From contig NC_091469.1 of NCBI RefSeq assembly GCF_036971445.1, forward strand, positions 54,126,001 to 54,190,000: a stretch of 64,000 nucleotides of DNA, given 5' to 3'. Origin of the DNA: Narcine bancroftii (taxonomy: Eukaryota). Below are positions 26,403 through 41,239 of this stretch, piece after piece (positions within the stretch are counted from its first letter, which is position 1; the number at the start of each line of letters is the position of its first letter). Below the pieces are notes generated by a model. The model was not told where the DNA came from. It worked only from the letters and a program-made list of their open reading frames with translations, and searched no databases. The position numbers and the translations under genes were made by a program.

Positions 26403-28642
26403 TCTTTGGCTTGGCTTCGCGGACGAAGATTTATGGAGGGGGTAAAAGTCCACGTCAGCTGCAGGCTCGTTTGTGGCTGACAAGTCCGATGCGGGACAGG
26501 CAGACACGGTTGCAGCGGCTGCAGGGGAAAATTGATTGGTTGGGGTTGGGTGTTGGGTTTTTCCTCCTTTGCCTTTTGTCAGTGAGGTGGGATCTGCGGT
26601 CTTCTTCAAAGGAGGTTGCTGCCCGCCAAACTGTGAGGTGCCAAGATGCACGGTTTGAGGCGATATCAGCCCACTGGCAGTGGTCAATGTGGCAGGCACC
26701 AAGAGATTTCATTAGGCAGTCCTTGTACCTTTTCTTTGGTGCACCTCTGTCACGGTGGCCAGTGGAGAGCTTGCCATATAACACGATCTTGGGAAGGCGA
26801 CGGTCCTCCATTCTGGAGACGTGACCCACCCAGCGCAGCTGGATCTTCAGCAGCATGGACTCGATGCTGTCAACCTCTGCCATCTCGAGTACTTCAACGT
26901 TAGGGATGAAAGTGCTCCAATGGATGTTGAGGATGGAGCGGAGACAACGCTGGTGGAAGCGTTCTAGGAGCCGTAGGTGATGCCGGTAGAGGACCCATGA
27001 TTCGGAGCCGAACAGGAGTGTGGGTATGACAACGGCTCTGTATACGCTTATCTTTGTGAGATTTTTCAGTTGGTTGTTTTTTCCAGACTCTTTTGTGTAG
27101 TCTTCCAAAGGCGCTATTTGCCTTGGCGAGTCTGTTGTCTATCTCGTTGTCGATCCTTGCATCTGATGAAATGGTGCAGCCGAGATAGGTAAACTGGTTG
27201 ACCGTTTTGTGTTTTGTGTGCCCGATGGAGATGTGGGGGGGCTGGTAGTCATGGTGGGGAGCTGGCTGATGGAGGACCTCAGTTTTCTTCAGGCTGACTT
27301 CCAGGCCAAACATTTTGGCAGTTTCCGCAAAGCAGGACGTCAAGCGCTGAAGAGCTGGCTCTGAATGGGCAACTAAAGCGGCATCGTCTGCAAAGAGTAG
27401 TTCACGGACAAGTTTCTCTTGTGTCTTGGTGTGAGCTTGCAGGCGCCTCAGATTGAAGAGACTGCCATCCGTGCGGTACCGGATGTAAACAGCGTCTTCA
27501 TTGTTGGGGTCTTTCATGGCTTGGTTCAGCATCATGCTGAAGAAGATTGAAAAGAGGGTTGGTGCGAGAACACAGCCTTGCTTCACGCCATTGTTAATGG
27601 AGAAGGGTTCAGAGAGCTCATTGCTGTATCTGACCCGACCTTGTTGGTTTTCGTGCAGTTGGATAAGCATGTTGAGGAACTTTGGGGGACATCCGATGCG
27701 CTCTAGTATTTGCCAAAGCCCTTTCCTGCTCACGGTGTCGAAGGCTTTGGTGAGGTCAACAAAGGTGATGTAGAGTCCTTTGTTTTGTTCTCTGCACTTT
27801 TCTTGGAGCTGTCTGAGGGCAAAGACCATGTCAGTAGTTCCTCTGTTTGCGCGAAAGCCGCACTGTGATTCTGGGAGAATATTCTCGGCGACACTAGGTA
27901 TTATTCTATTTAGTAGAATCCTAGTGAAGATTTTGCCTGCAATGGAGAACAGCGTGATTCCCCTGTAGTTTGAGCAGTCTGATTTCTCGCCTTTGTTTTT
28001 GTACAGGGTGATGATGGTGGCATCACGAAGATCCTGAGGCAGTTTTCCTTGGTCCCAACAAAGCTTGAAAAACTCATGCAGTTTGGCATGCAGAGTTTTG
28101 CCGCCAGCCTTCCAGACCTCTGGGGGGATTCCATCCATACCTGCTGCTTTGCCACTTTTCAGTTGTTCGATTGCCTTATATGTCTCATCCAGGGTGAGGA
28201 CCTCATCCAGCTCTAGCCTTAGGGGCTGTTGAGGGAGCTGGAGCAGGGCGGAATCTTGGACTGAGCGGTTGGCACTGAAAAGAGATTGGAAGTGTTCTGA
28301 CCATCGGTTGAGGATGGAGATCTTGTCGCTGAGGAGGACTTTTCCGTCTGAGCTGCGCAGCGGGCTTTGGACTTGGGGTTAGGGGCCGTACACAGCCTTT
28401 AGAGCCTCGTAGAAACCCCTGAAGTCGCCAATGTCCGCGCTGAGCTGGGTTCGTTTGGCAAGGCTAGTCCACCACTCATTTTGGATCTCCCGGAGTTTGC
28501 GCTGAAGATGGCTGCATGCGCGACGGAAGGCTTGTTTCTTCTCTGGACAGGACGGCTTTGTAAGGTGAGCCTGGTGGGCAGCTTGCTTCTTTGCCAGCAG
28601 CTCCTGGATTTCCTGGCTGTTTTCGTCAAACCAGTCCTTGTT
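26403..28642 (-). mobile_element. RTE LINE, 5'-truncated, longest copy in the window
   Basis: ORFs 26900-28138 and 26455-27108 are split by a frameshift in a homopolymer run near 27080. NKDWFDEN...NYRGITL...LLFADD...zinc finger. Confidence 0.95.
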
Positions 28643-28699
28643 AAATGATATACAGCCAGAACAGTTGTAAAAACACACAGAAATAATGGAGGAATTCAT

Positions 28700-31600
28700 C
28701 TGGTCTAGCAGTGTCCATAGGAGGTAAAAAATATCTTAAAGAAACACAGAACACAACAAATAAAAGATAAAGGTGAGGAGAAAAGAAAGAAAATGGCACC
28801 CAAGAAGGAAAAACCAAAAACGATGGAAAAAAAAAGAAGGAAAGATGCCAGAAGAGAAAGGAGAATGCCCTTATCTGCCTGAAGAGGCAGGGAGCCGCTG
28901 TGGACAGAGGAGCCCACTCCCCAAGGTTAGTGGAGACCCTGCAGGGTCATGACCTCCCGACCGCGGGACTGCAAAAATGGTTCTCTGAGCCAAACAGAAG
29001 TGTGCAATGTGCACACCAAGGAAAAGGAAAACACCAACAAGATGGGGGCCCAGCTGTGGAGTTAACTTACACAGCGCGACCAGCTGAGAGATGCCCGACA
29101 GCAGGGCTCTCAGCTGGAAGAAGAGGAAAGCAATGGGAAAGGGAGTGATAAGAAAGAAAAACAGCAACAGGAAGCCCAACAGATAACTAGCCCAGAAGAA
29201 GAGGACCAACAACAAGAAGCTATGCAAAAAAAAACCCAACAAACTGTGGCAAGCAGCTCAACAAGAAAGTCAGAAGAGACACAGATACAAGGAAGAGATA
29301 TAGAAGACACAAACCTAAGAGCAGACACAGAAGAAGGATAAGAAGAAGAAGAAGAAGAAGAAGACCAAGCTCTGCACAGAGGAATAGAAGGTAAAAAAGA
29401 TGGACAGTATATAGATTTTTAAACATTTCAAGAACAAATGAAAGCATTAAAAAAATGGTTGACATTAGAATTTAGTAAATAAAAAGCACAGAAGAAAAAG
29501 TGAGTAGATTAGAGCTGGTCATGATAGAAATAGGGAAAAGATTAGAAAATGTGGAAGAACGAGAAATGGCTGTAAAAATGGAAGTGAATGACTTAAGAAG
29601 AAAATTGGAAGACAGTGACAAAAAAGTTAAAGAGTCACAGGAGTTGTTAGCTCAGAAGATTGATATAATGGAAAACTATAGTAGATGAAACAATATAAAG
29701 ATAGTGGGCCTAAAGGAAGATGAAGAAAGCAAAAATATGAAAGAATTTATAAAAGAATGGATCCCAAAAGTCCTGGGAATGCCAGAAATACAGGAAGGAA
29801 TGGAAATAGAAAGGGCACACAGAACACTAGCTCCGAAACCACAGTCACAACAAAAACCAAGATCCGTTTTAATAGAATTTATGAGATACACGACAAGAGA
29901 AAATATATTGGAGAGGGCAAGGAATAAAATTAGAGAAGACAAAAAACCATTGGAATACAAGAGTCAAAAAATTTTTTTTTTTTTTTTACCCAGACACAAG
30001 TTTTGAACTCCTAAAGAAGAGGAAGGAATTTAACACAGCAAAATTGATCCTACGGAAAAAAGGCTATAAATTTATGTTAAGATATCCAGCTGTGCTTAAA
30101 ATAGTTATCCCGAGGGAGCAAAACAAATCTGGAGAAAGCACGAGAATTTGCAGCATGCCTGCAGGACAGAAAGAGAGATGAAGAGATGTAACAAGAATGA
30201 AGAATGACGACAAACTACATATAAAGATGTAAAAATAATGTATAAGTAAGAACTAAAGGGAAGTAAGGGGGAGGGGGAGAAAAAAGAAGGGGGAAAAATA
30301 AAAGAAAAAAAGAGGGTGAGCTTTGTTAAATGTGAAGATAAAAGTCATTTTTGGAGGGGGTTGGGTGGGAGAGAATAACAGTAACTGCAAAATCAATTGA
30401 CAATTGTGAGCGGGTTTGCAATCCCAATGGAGAGGGGAGTTGTGGTTGCCCGGTAAGGGACAAGGGGCAACTCAGAGGGGGGTGGGGTCACTTGGGGTTA
30501 AGGGAATTTTAGATGTGGGATTTGTTGAAGTATTTTATGTTTTAGAAGTGTTGTCATATATTGAGTTCAAAATGGAAAACTGAGAGATGAAAACGGGGAA
30601 AAGGGGAAAGGTGGTGGTGAGGAAGCGGAAGTGAGGTGTAAACAGAGTATGAGATGGCCATGTTGAACTATATGACTATAAATATTAATGGAATACATAA
30701 CCAAATCAAAAGGAAGAGGCTATTAAATTTACTGAAAAAAGAAAAAAAATACATATAGCATTCGTGCAGGTAACACACCGAACTGAAATGGAACATAATA
30801 AATTAAGGAGAGACTGGGTAGGGTACATAACGGCAGCATCATATAATTCAAAAGCCAGAGGTTTAGCTATATTAATCAACAAAAATGTACCAATCAAAAT
30901 AGAGGAGGAAATAATAGATCCAGCAGGGAGGTATGTAATGATAAAGTGTCAGATACATTCAGAATTCTGGAATTTGGTCAATATATATGAATCTAATTAA
31001 GAGGATCAAAAGTTTATGCAAGATATTTTTTTGAAGATTGTAGATAAACAGGGGAATATATTGATAGGAGGGGATTTTAACTTTAATTTGGACCCAATTA
31101 ATAGTGGCTGTTGCTTTAGACGCAGAAAAAGCCTTTGACAGGGTAGAATGGAATTATTTATTCAAAATATTACAGAGGTTCAACCTTCCAGAAAAATACA
31201 TTAAGTGGATTAAAGCATTATATAAGGGACCATTGGCGAAGGTGACAGTAAATGGATGTGTATCAAACTGATTTAAATTAAGTAGGTCAACTAGGCAGGG
31301 ATGTCCACTATCGCCCTCACTGTTCACTTTTGCAATAGAACCATTGGCAGAACTGATAAGGACAGAAAATAAATCAAAAGGGATAAAATTAAAGGAGAAG
31401 GAATATAAAATCAGTTTATTTGCAGATGACATCATAGTATACTTAACAGATCCAGAAATTTCAATAAAAGAACTACATAAGAAATTGAAGGAATATGGAG
31501 AAATATCGGGGTACAAGGTCAACACAAATAAGAGTGAAGCGATGCCAATGAATAATACGGATTACACAGAATTTTAAAAATAATCTCCATTTAAATGGCA

Positions 31601-32815
31601 AACACAAGCAATCCGATACCTAGGTATTAAACTAGATAATAATTTAGCCCACCTATACAAATTAAATTATCAGCCATTAATGAAGAAATTGCAGGATGAC
31701 TTAGAACATTGGAAAGAATTGCCACTAACATTGATAGGGAGAGTAAACTGCATTAAAATGAATGTCTTCCCAAGGATACAATACTTATTTTAATCATTAC
31801 CAATTCCCTTAACAGAGAAATTCTTCAATGAACTAAAGAGAATAATAAGGAAATTCTTACAGAAAGGGGGAAACCAAGGATAGCACTAGATAAATTAACA
31901 GAATGGTACAAACAAGGTGGTTTGCAGCTACCAAACTTTAAAAATTATTATAGAGCAGGACAATTAAAGTATCTATCAGATTTTTATCAAACAAGGGAAA
32001 AACCAGATTGGACCAAGATAGAGCTAGATAAAATAGGGGAGAAGGTACCAGAACATATACTTTATAAGTGGGATGAAAAACTGGTGCAATAAAGAAGTTC
32101 ACCAGTACTGCACCATTTACTCAATATATGGAAGAAGATTCACATAGAAAGGAAAAAAACAAATTACCAACTACCAAATTTATTATTGATGCAAAATCAA
32201 CTAATCCCTTTCACAATAGATAACCTTTCCTTTAGAGAATGGGAGAGAAAAGGAATTAAAAGAATAGAAAATTGTTTTTTGGGATATAATTTATTAACAT
32301 TTGAACAAATGAAGTACAAATATGGAATAACTCATGGTACAATATTTGCATACCACCAACTGAAAACCTACTAAAAGGACAAATTAGGAAACAGGCTGAG
32401 ATTACCAGAAGGAAGCAGCTTTGAATATGTGATTACAGACACAATGATAATTAAAAGATTTATAACAAATATGTACATCAAGCTGCAAGAGAAAGAAAAT
32501 GATGAAATAAGCTATAAACCCAAACAAAAGTGGGAAAAAGATTTAAAAATAAAGACAAAATGACCTGATCCAGTCTGTAAAAGTAGATGACACAATTTTC
32601 TTGTTTATTTTCATTGTGTGATGACATTGTTTAATCGTTTTATTGTTTTGTATATGTTGAACTTTTAATGGGTTTGGAGGGGGGTGGGAAGGGGGGAGTA
32701 GGGGGGAAAAAAGGGGGAGAAAATGCCACTGTGTATATTCAAGAGGGAAATGTTTGTGTGTATTTTGATTGATATGGTTCATAGTGTGAAAAATAAAAAA
32801 AAGTCTAAAAAATAA
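28700..32815 (+). mobile_element. L1-clade LINE, near full-length with internal deletions
   Basis: ORF1 (ENYSR..NIKIVGL, MEIERAHR); ORF2 endonuclease from ~30654 (MAMLNYMTININGI, IGGDFN) jumping at ~31097 to RT (ALDAEKAFD, TRQGCPLSP, LFADD); G-rich 3' UTR and A tail. Confidence 0.92.
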
Positions 32816-34379
32816 GTAGAGCTGGATGAGATTGAGATTTGGAATGATGGGTCTCCACAGGAGTGAAGATTAACACAGTGTGAGCACATCACCTCACCAG
32901 GTGCTGCAACAACAGGGGAGCTTAATAAAAGCTTGTGAATGGCTGCTTGAAGGATAGTTTTGCTGATGTCAGACACAACACAATCCCCTAGCAAAACATA
33001 GAGCACAGAGAACATATAACAGCACAGCACAGAAACAGTCCTTTTGCTGCACCATGTTTGCGCCAACCATGATGACAATCAATTTAATCCCATCTGCCTG
33101 TACATAGACCATATAACTCTATTGCTTGCTCCTGTGTCTATCTGAATAATTCTTAAATGCTGCCATCCTATCTGCTTCTGCAGCCTCCCCAAGCTGTATG
33201 TATCAGGCACCTACCACTCTATTAGAAAAAACTTTCCTCACACATCACCTTGAAATCTTCCCATTCTCTCCTTAAACCCATACCCTCTAGTATTTTGCAT
33301 TTCCACCCTCAGTGAAAAAAAGACGATATATGCTTCTCATAATTTTATATTGGAAATGAAAGTATACTGTCATTCTCTTTAAATGCACTGAAATTCTTAC
33401 TTGCTGCAGTCAAACAGGTACACAAAATATATCTACTATAATAGTTTACATTAAATTACCACAATAAAAGATAGATATATATTCATATTTGCAATTAGTG
33501 TAATAAAAGGAGTTATATTCCAATAGTGCAAATAAATCCTCAGGTGGTCCTGAAGTACTTTATAATTAGTGTAGGACAGGAACATTCAAGACTTATATGA
33601 ATTGATGAAAATAAAATAAAAATAGCTGGCTCATTCAATATTGACCACTTCCTCTTTCAAGTTGTTGAGAAGAAGAAACCATTAGACCTAACTGTCAAAC
33701 ATTTCTTCCATGGATAAATCCAGCTGGATGTTTCCAGGAACTGCATTTTGTTCTTCACTTACTTCAGGTGAAATAGGATGTGCTCATTGAATTTAAGAAG
33801 CATTCGTGGCTAGGGAGATTAAACAAAAACGTATTGCCTCTGTTAACTTTAGGTGCAATAAACAGATATGCTGGGACCATGTACCATAAAAGTAAAAACA
33901 AGATATTTCCCCATGATATTGTAGGAACTTGTTGTTCAAAATTCAAAGTTCAAATTTAAAGTCAGAGTGTATACATGTTATCACATACAAAACAGAGACT
34001 TCTTTTCCTTATCGGTACCTGTAAACTGCACCCATGAGTAAAGAAATGTATAGAAAAGAAAGAAATGTAAACAAATTGATTCAAATTCAGAAATAGTGAA
34101 ATGCTGGAGAAATTCAGCAAATCAAAGTGAATTCTTTATGTAGCAAAGATAAAGATACATAACCAATCTTTTGGGCCTAAGGCGTCCACCGAGGTATGAG
34201 CAAAAAGCAGACAGATGCCTGAATAATGCTGTGTGACTTTATCCAATATTTTTGTATAAACTACAATCACAGTGTCTACAGGTTTTCTTGTTTACTCAAG
34301 AATTATAAATATTCAGTAATGAATAATGAGGAAAGTTAGAGTCCTTAAATGATTCATTGTAAGAGCCTATTGTTCACAA

Positions 34380-35990
34380 GTGTGTTGGTTGAGGGTGGGG
34401 GGTCACAACTACCCCTGCTGGCAGCAGTGTGAACTGAACACTCTGATTGCAATGTTTCATGTCGATGTAGTCGATGGTGGGAAGAGTTTTGCTTGTGATG
34501 TCCTGGACATTTTTGCGCGGCTTTCCACTCAGAGGTTTTGGTGCCCCCATACCAGTGTGATACAGCTGGTCAGCACACTTTCCACTGCACATCTGTAGAA
34601 ATTTGCCAAGGTTTTCAATGTCATATCAAACCTCTGCAAACTCCTGAGAACGTAGAGCTACTGATGTGCTTTCTTCACAATGGCATCATACTGATGGGTC
34701 CAGGAAAGAACCTCCAATATAGACAATAGACAATAGGAGCTGAATCAGGCCATTCAGCCCATCAAGCCAGCACTGTCATTCATTTTGTTCATGGTTGATC
34801 TTCCACTATCAGTACCCTGTTCCTGCCTTCTCCCCATAACTCTTAATTCCCCTGTCCACAAGAACCTTATCTAACTCCCTCTTGAACTTATCCAGAGAAC
34901 CCACCTCTACCACCCTCTGCAGCAAAGCATTCCACAGACTCTCTGGGTAAAAGAATTCTTTCTCATCTCTGTCCTCTAGGAATTTAAAGTTGCTCATCCT
35001 TTCCATCCCTTATCCCCCAATGATCACTGGTTTTTCTTTCGTAAAGTCGACAGTTGGTTCCTTGGTCTTGGTGTCATTGACTAAGAAGTTGTTGTCAGTA
35101 CACCATTCAGTCAATTTTCAATCTCTCTTGTATGCTGGCTCACCACCCCTTTTTATGCAACCCACTATGGTGGCATCATCAGCAAATTTGTATATGGTGC
35201 TGTTGTGGCACCTAGACACACAGACGTAGCTGTAAAGCGGGTAGAGCAGGATCCTAATCCCGCAGTCCTAAGGTGCTCCGGTGCTGTTGGAGATTGTGGA
35301 AGAGATGTTCTTGCAAATCCACTCTGATTGGCGTCTAGAGGTGAGGAATCCAGGATCCAATTGCACAGTGGGACAGTGAGGCCTAGGTCTTGAAGTTTGC
35401 AAATTAGATTTGGATGGATGATTATGTTGAATGCTGAACTGTAGTCAATAAAGAGCATCCTGATGTATGCATTTTTGCCATCCAATTGGGAAGTACATGA
35501 GTGTGTAAATGAGAATTGTATGTTGGTTTCAGATTTCAGAATTCTCAGTGTTCATACATGACATCACATACAACCCTGAGATTCTTTTTTTCCAGTGGGC
35601 ACAGAAGAATTACAACTAATTGGTAGCTCAAAAAATTAAACTGTACACTACATAAAAATGTAAACAATCAAAGAACTGTAAACAGATAATGAATGTAAAC
35701 AAACTGACTGTGCTATTCAGAGAGAACAAAAGCAATCAATAAAGTGCACAAGTAAGTCATTAAAGAGTCTCTGAGTTTATTGTTGAAGAGTCTGATGGTG
35801 GAGGGGTAGCAGCTGTTCCTGAACCTGGTGACACCTATACCTCTTCCTGATGGCAGCAGTGAAAACAGAGCGTGTGGTGGGTGGTGAGGGTCTTTGATAT
35901 TTGCTGCTACTCTCTGATGGCAGTGTTCCTTGTAGATGTACTCAATAGTGTTGAGGTCTTTGCCTGTGATGTCCTGGGCTGTGTTTAATG
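34380..35990 (-). mobile_element. Rex1/Babar LINE fragments with a nested CR1 3' end (~34720-34975)
   Basis: [31 protein letters not shown] and NIKDPHHPPHALFSLLPSG motifs. Confidence 0.8.
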
Positions 35991-36019
35991 AACAGAGCAT
36001 AAAATTATAAAACTAATGA

Positions 36020-36950
36020 AATATACAACACAGTGAGAAGCCCTTTTAGCCCCCTTCATTCATTACCTTTCTATGATAATACTATTTGCCCAAATTAGGC
36101 CCATATTCCTCTATTCATTTCTTCTCAAGTACCTGTTCAAGCAGCTTTTAAAAGGTGTGATTTTATCTGCTTCCATCATAACCTATGTCCACTTATTTCA
36201 GATAACCACCACGCTCTATGTAAAAACACCCCCCCATCCCCAATATCATTGTTAAATTTCTCCCCTTAAACCTGTGTGCACTAGTTCTCAACTTGGGTTC
36301 TCTGGACAAAAACGTTTGGACAATCGATGCCTTTCAATTTTATAAACCTTTAAGTTCGCACCTCAGTCTCCTTGGTTCTAGTGAGAATTTATCCTTGAAT
36401 TAATAGGCCTCTATTCCAAGCAGCATCCTGGTGAATCTTTTCTGAACTCTCTCTTTTGTTATCACATCCTTCCTGTATTGTGGCAACCACAATATTTTAA
36501 GTGCAGTCTACCCAGTGTTATGTACAACAGCAATGTGATGTATCAGCTCGTTGCCTCAGCCTTGCAACCAAACATACTAAATGCCAAATTCCCTAACCTA
36601 TTCACATTTGTAACTACTTTCGTGGAGACATGCAGGTACCCCAAGGTTTCTATGTACATCAGTACATTAAGGCATCTATCATATACTTTGTACTTCCAAC
36701 CAGAACTCAACACTTAATCGAATTCCATCTGTCACCACTTTGCCCAAGTTATAGTTGATCTAAGTCTTGATGTTTCCCATTGTAATTTTCTTTGTTATCT
36801 ACAGACCTCCAAATTTTGATTTGTCTGCAAATTTACTAATCATACCCCTTCCGTTCTAATTCAAGTAATTAGGAAATACTACAATCCACAAAGTTCCATC
36901 ACCAATTCTTGCAGTAGGACCCTCGTTACACACTTCCATTCAGAAAAAAA
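36020..36950 (-). mobile_element. Old CR1 3' portion
   Basis: Degenerate CR1 RT and 3' sequence similar to 4030-5000. Confidence 0.6.
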
Positions 36951-37248
36951 AACACCCAATGTTTGCAGCTCTCCAAAAATGTTTGTGAGACATGATTTTG
37001 GAAATGCCAGACTACCTCGCACTTTTCAGCTTGCCGCACCAAAATCTTTTTCATTGTTCCTTAGAGCATAACCTCTGCTTCTGGGAGGGCTGGTTTCAGT
37101 GATAACCTCAAACCGTATCTATGTTGAAGGTCACACCATGGCCAGCATCTCACCACATGCAGATTCCACAATGCAGCCTCTACCTCTAGGATGTAATGTG
37201 CCAGGAAATGGTGGCCAGTGTTAGAAGGCTTCCCTTCTCCAGCTAGAT

Positions 37249-37957
37249 CAGTGGTTCTCAACCTTTTTCTTTCCACTCATATACCATTTTAAGAGTTACA
37301 GGGAAAGGTTGTGCAGACTGGGGCTTTTTTCTCTGGAGCGTAGAAGATTGAGAGGGGACTTGATAGAGGTGTTTAAGATTTTAAAAGGGACAGACAGAGT
37401 AAATATGGATAGGCTTTTTCAATTAAGAAAGGGGGAGATTCAAACTAGAGGACATGGTTTAAGATTGAAGGGGGAAAATTATGAGGGGAACATGAGGAGA
37501 AATTTCTTTACGCAGACGGTGGTGGGGATGTGGAATGAGCTTCCAGCAGACGTGGTCGAGGCGGGATCATTGGTTACATTTAAGGAAGACTGGATTGTTA
37601 CATGGATAGGAGGGGACTAGAGGGGTATGGACTGGGTGCTGGTCAGTGGGACTAGGAGGGTGTGGATTTGCTACAGCATGGACTAGTAGGGCCGAACTGG
37701 CCTGTTCTGTGCTGTAAGTGGTTATATGGTTATATGGTATTCCCTATGCCATCAGAGCTCAGTGATGAGTAAGGGATTGCTTAAGGTGGTATCAGGGTGG
37801 AAAAAGAAGGTTGAGAATCATTGTTCTAGACCTAATTGTTATTGAAATATTTTGATCAAGAAAAATTGTCATTGGTCCATTTCCTTTGGACTTATGAAAC
37901 CAAGCACATAATAAGTCAATTAGGTACGATTAAAATGATGGTTTTCAAACTTTTTCC
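37249..37957. mobile_element. Composite hAT MITE (same family as 47884-48243), interrupted by CR1 and truncated by L1
   Basis: TIR CAGTGGTTCTCAACC; sequence colinear with the 47.9-kb copy either side of the CR1 insert. Confidence 0.8.
37294..37737 (+). mobile_element. CR1 3' end
   Basis: LGLFSLERRRLRGDLIEVFKIL; (GTTATATG)n tail. Confidence 0.9.
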
Positions 37958-39080
37958 TGCCTGAATTCTATCGAGAATTTAAGGACTTATTAATGCCTCT
38001 GTATATGGAGGTGGTAGACCAGGCTAGGGGAAGAAGGTCCCTTCTGGAATCTTTTACAGTGGCGATTGTTACAACGATTTTGAAGAAGGGTGAGGATTCG
38101 CTTATGCCCTCTTCCTATAGGTCAATTTCTCTACTGAATACCAATTACAAGATCCTAGCCAAAGCCTTGGCAAATAGATTGGCATTGCATTTGCTGAAAT
38201 TGATAAACAAGGATCAGACAGGCTTTGTCCAGGAAAGAAAGACAGCAGATAATATTGGCAAATTACTGCATGTTATGCATCTGGCACAATCTAGAAATGA
38301 GAAGGGTCTGGCCATTTCCTTGGATGCAGAAAAGGCCTTCGATAGACTGGAGTGGGAATTTTTATTCAAGGTCCTGGAGAAGTCAGGGTTGGGACCAATT
38401 TTTCAAAATTGGATTAGGGCACTATATCACTTGCCCAAGGCAAAAGTTGAAATCAATGGGCAGGTCTCTCCAGACTTCCCACTTAACAGATCTTGTAGGC
38501 AAGGATGCCCACTTCCACCGGCTCTCTTTGTGCTGGCTATGGAACCATTGGCAGAAGCCACTCAGCAGGATCCAGACATCAAAGGTTATAGAGTGAGCCA
38601 GGAGGAACACAAAATTAACTTGTTCGCTGATGACGTACTGATATATTTGACATATCCTGCGACTTCCCTGCCTAGGCTGCACGAGGTACTGGAGGAGTAT
38701 GGAGAACTGTCTGGGTATAAGATCAATTGGAATAAGAGTGAGGTGATGCCACTCACTGGCGATAATTATAATCAATTTAAAGAAATTGAATTTAAAGTGG
38801 CCACAGAAGGGGATCAAATACCTAGGAGTTAATATTGATAGTGACTTGAATAATTTATACGCTAAATTATGCCCGCTTGCTGGGAAGAGTCGAGGAGGAC
38901 TTAAAGAGGTGGATGTCCCTGCCTATCACACTGGTAGGCAGGTCAACTGCATCAAAATGAATGTGTTGCCAAGATTCCAATATCTTTTCCAAACATTGCC
39001 TATGTCGTTGCCCCAGGATTTCTTCAAACAGTTATCACATACAGTTAGGAGGTTTCTTAACTAGGGACAATAATCTAGGC
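37958..39080 (+). mobile_element. L1 LINE ORF2, 5' part (interrupted by the hAT element)
   Basis: SYRSISLLN, LDAEKAFD, CRQGCPL and LFADD motifs; continues at 42440. Confidence 0.92.
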
Positions 39081-39439
39081 CAGGGGTGGGCAATTAGTTT
39101 TCCCAAGGGGCCACATGAGAAGCAGAAAATATTGTGGAGTGCCAGACCAATAGGCTGAACTAAATTATGCTTAATATTAATTCTATCTCTTTATAAAAGC
39201 AATAAATTGCATCATTTTGACAAGATGTGACTGGTAAGAGTAAATGTGATGATTAAGCAATGGAAAATAAGATTAGGAAAAACATCATTTATTCAATCAA
39301 AATTACCCAAAACAATTGTAAACGAAATGTGCATGTTCAGAAATGTACCATTTTTGAAAGACCAGCATTAAATCAGCTTTATACAAATTGTTATTATCAT
39401 TTTGCTTTGTAGTCGAACCACCTCATTTGCTGTTTTTCA

Positions 39440-41160
39440 GTTCTTTTTTCTGGTTCAGTGAGAGAACAAGTGCATCAAAGTTAGGCTGAATGTTTGAGGT
39501 GGATATGCGAAGGACAGCTAACAGATGATCATCAGTGAGAGAGGATCTATACCTGGATTTGTTAAACTTCATCACTGAGAACGTTTGTTAACCTATGTAG
39601 GTAGATCCAAAGAGAACCAACATCTTCTGAGCATGCCTCCTCATATGTGGAAAGTTCTCCTCCTTGAGAGAAGAGTAAAAATCCAGCAGTGATACTGACT
39701 TAAAGTGCTCTGCCAGTATCATATCACATTGTAGGTTGATGAGTTCCAGCTGAACATGACTGGGTGCATTATCCATGCTGCAGGTAAAGGGAGAGGAAAT
39801 CATGTGCATTTCACCCTCAACTGTTTTGAAGTCTTCAAATCATCTTGAAAACTCACCATGCAGTGCTCCTAACATGGATGAGTACCTGCGGAGGTGATCA
39901 GGGTTTGCATGTGAGAGAGAGTGTTGCTCTCCAGTTGGCTTGAAAGAAACTGCAACTTTCTCATGAAAGCCTTCACCAGGCTGTACATTTCATGAACAAA
40001 AAGGCCCCAATGTTGCAGTTTGGTATTTAGTTCTTTCATCAGTGTAGTCACATCAACGGCAAATACAAGATCTGCCATCCATTTCCCATCTGAGAGCTCT
40101 GGTATGTCTTTGCCATTCTTCTCACAAAACTCTTGAATCTCTGCTTTCAGGTCCCAAACACTTTTCAGCACTTTGCCCAGGCTGAGCCATCTTACAGTTG
40201 TGTGGTAACCTATGTCACCATGTTCAATCTCACGCTCCTCCATGAGTGCAACAATCTGTCTGTGATTTAATGCAGGTATCCTGATGAAGTTAACTGTTTT
40301 AGTTTTAACATGGTTAAGTTTTATCACTGACTTACACAACACATTCTGATGTTTGATACAATGTAAGAATACCAATTTCAGTTCTGGGTTGATTTCAGTC
40401 ACCTTATCTTGCATCCATTTCAAAGGTCCAATGTTTATCACCATTAGATTTGGACATCTATCTGTTGTAACACCTGCCAATCTGTCCCATTTCAGTCCCA
40501 ACTTGTCCAGGCATGCATTTACTTCCGTGAACAAATCACTCCCCGTCATCGTCCCTTTCATTGACTGCATTGCCGCCAGCTCCTCCATAATCTTTAAGTC
40601 CTTTGTTATCCCAGAGACAAAGACGAGTAAATGGGCTGTGTCGTGGACATCACAGGTCTTGTCCAAAGCAAAGGAGAAAAAAAAATCAATATTGTCCATT
40701 TTATTTTGCAGCTGAAGCTCCAGATTTCCCGCGATGTCCTCGATCCTTCTTGTCATGGTTCATCTGGAGAGGGGCATGTTCTCGAATGCTTCTTTATTCT
40801 TGAGGCATATTAGCACTGCAGAGTCCACTCTTCGATGAACACTCCCTCAGAGAATGACTTACTGTTGTTAGCGATTTTGTAGGATATCACAAAGCTGATT
40901 TTGGCTGCTGCATCCCTGGATGTATGAAGCCTTGTTGCTTTTGCAGAATAGCTAGCAAAGCTTCAGATGTCTGTATCCATTCAGAATCAGTCAGGTTTTT
41001 GTATTTCTCCGTGTGTTTAGTCTTGTAATAGCGATTGAAATTATAGTCCTTAAACACGGTGATCTGCTCTCCATAAACTAAACACATGACTTTACCTCTG
41101 ACTTCAGTAAATAAATACTTAATAGTTTGCATCAATCTTTATTTTTTAGCAGGAGCGAAC
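39440..41160 (-). pseudogene. hAT transposase pseudogene (GTF2IRD2-like)
   Basis: Degenerate BED-like N-terminus (KYLFTEVRGKVMCLV..RYYKTKH), FALDKTCD, TTDRCPNL, LHCIKHQ, VRWLSLG and LFGSTY motifs, with frameshifts and stops. Confidence 0.9.
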
Positions 41161-41239
41161 ATTTTTGTGGGCTAACACTCGTAAACTTGTAAACTGAGTA
41201 AAGGTAAAGGTGTGCGCATGCATGGATTTATATATGTAA

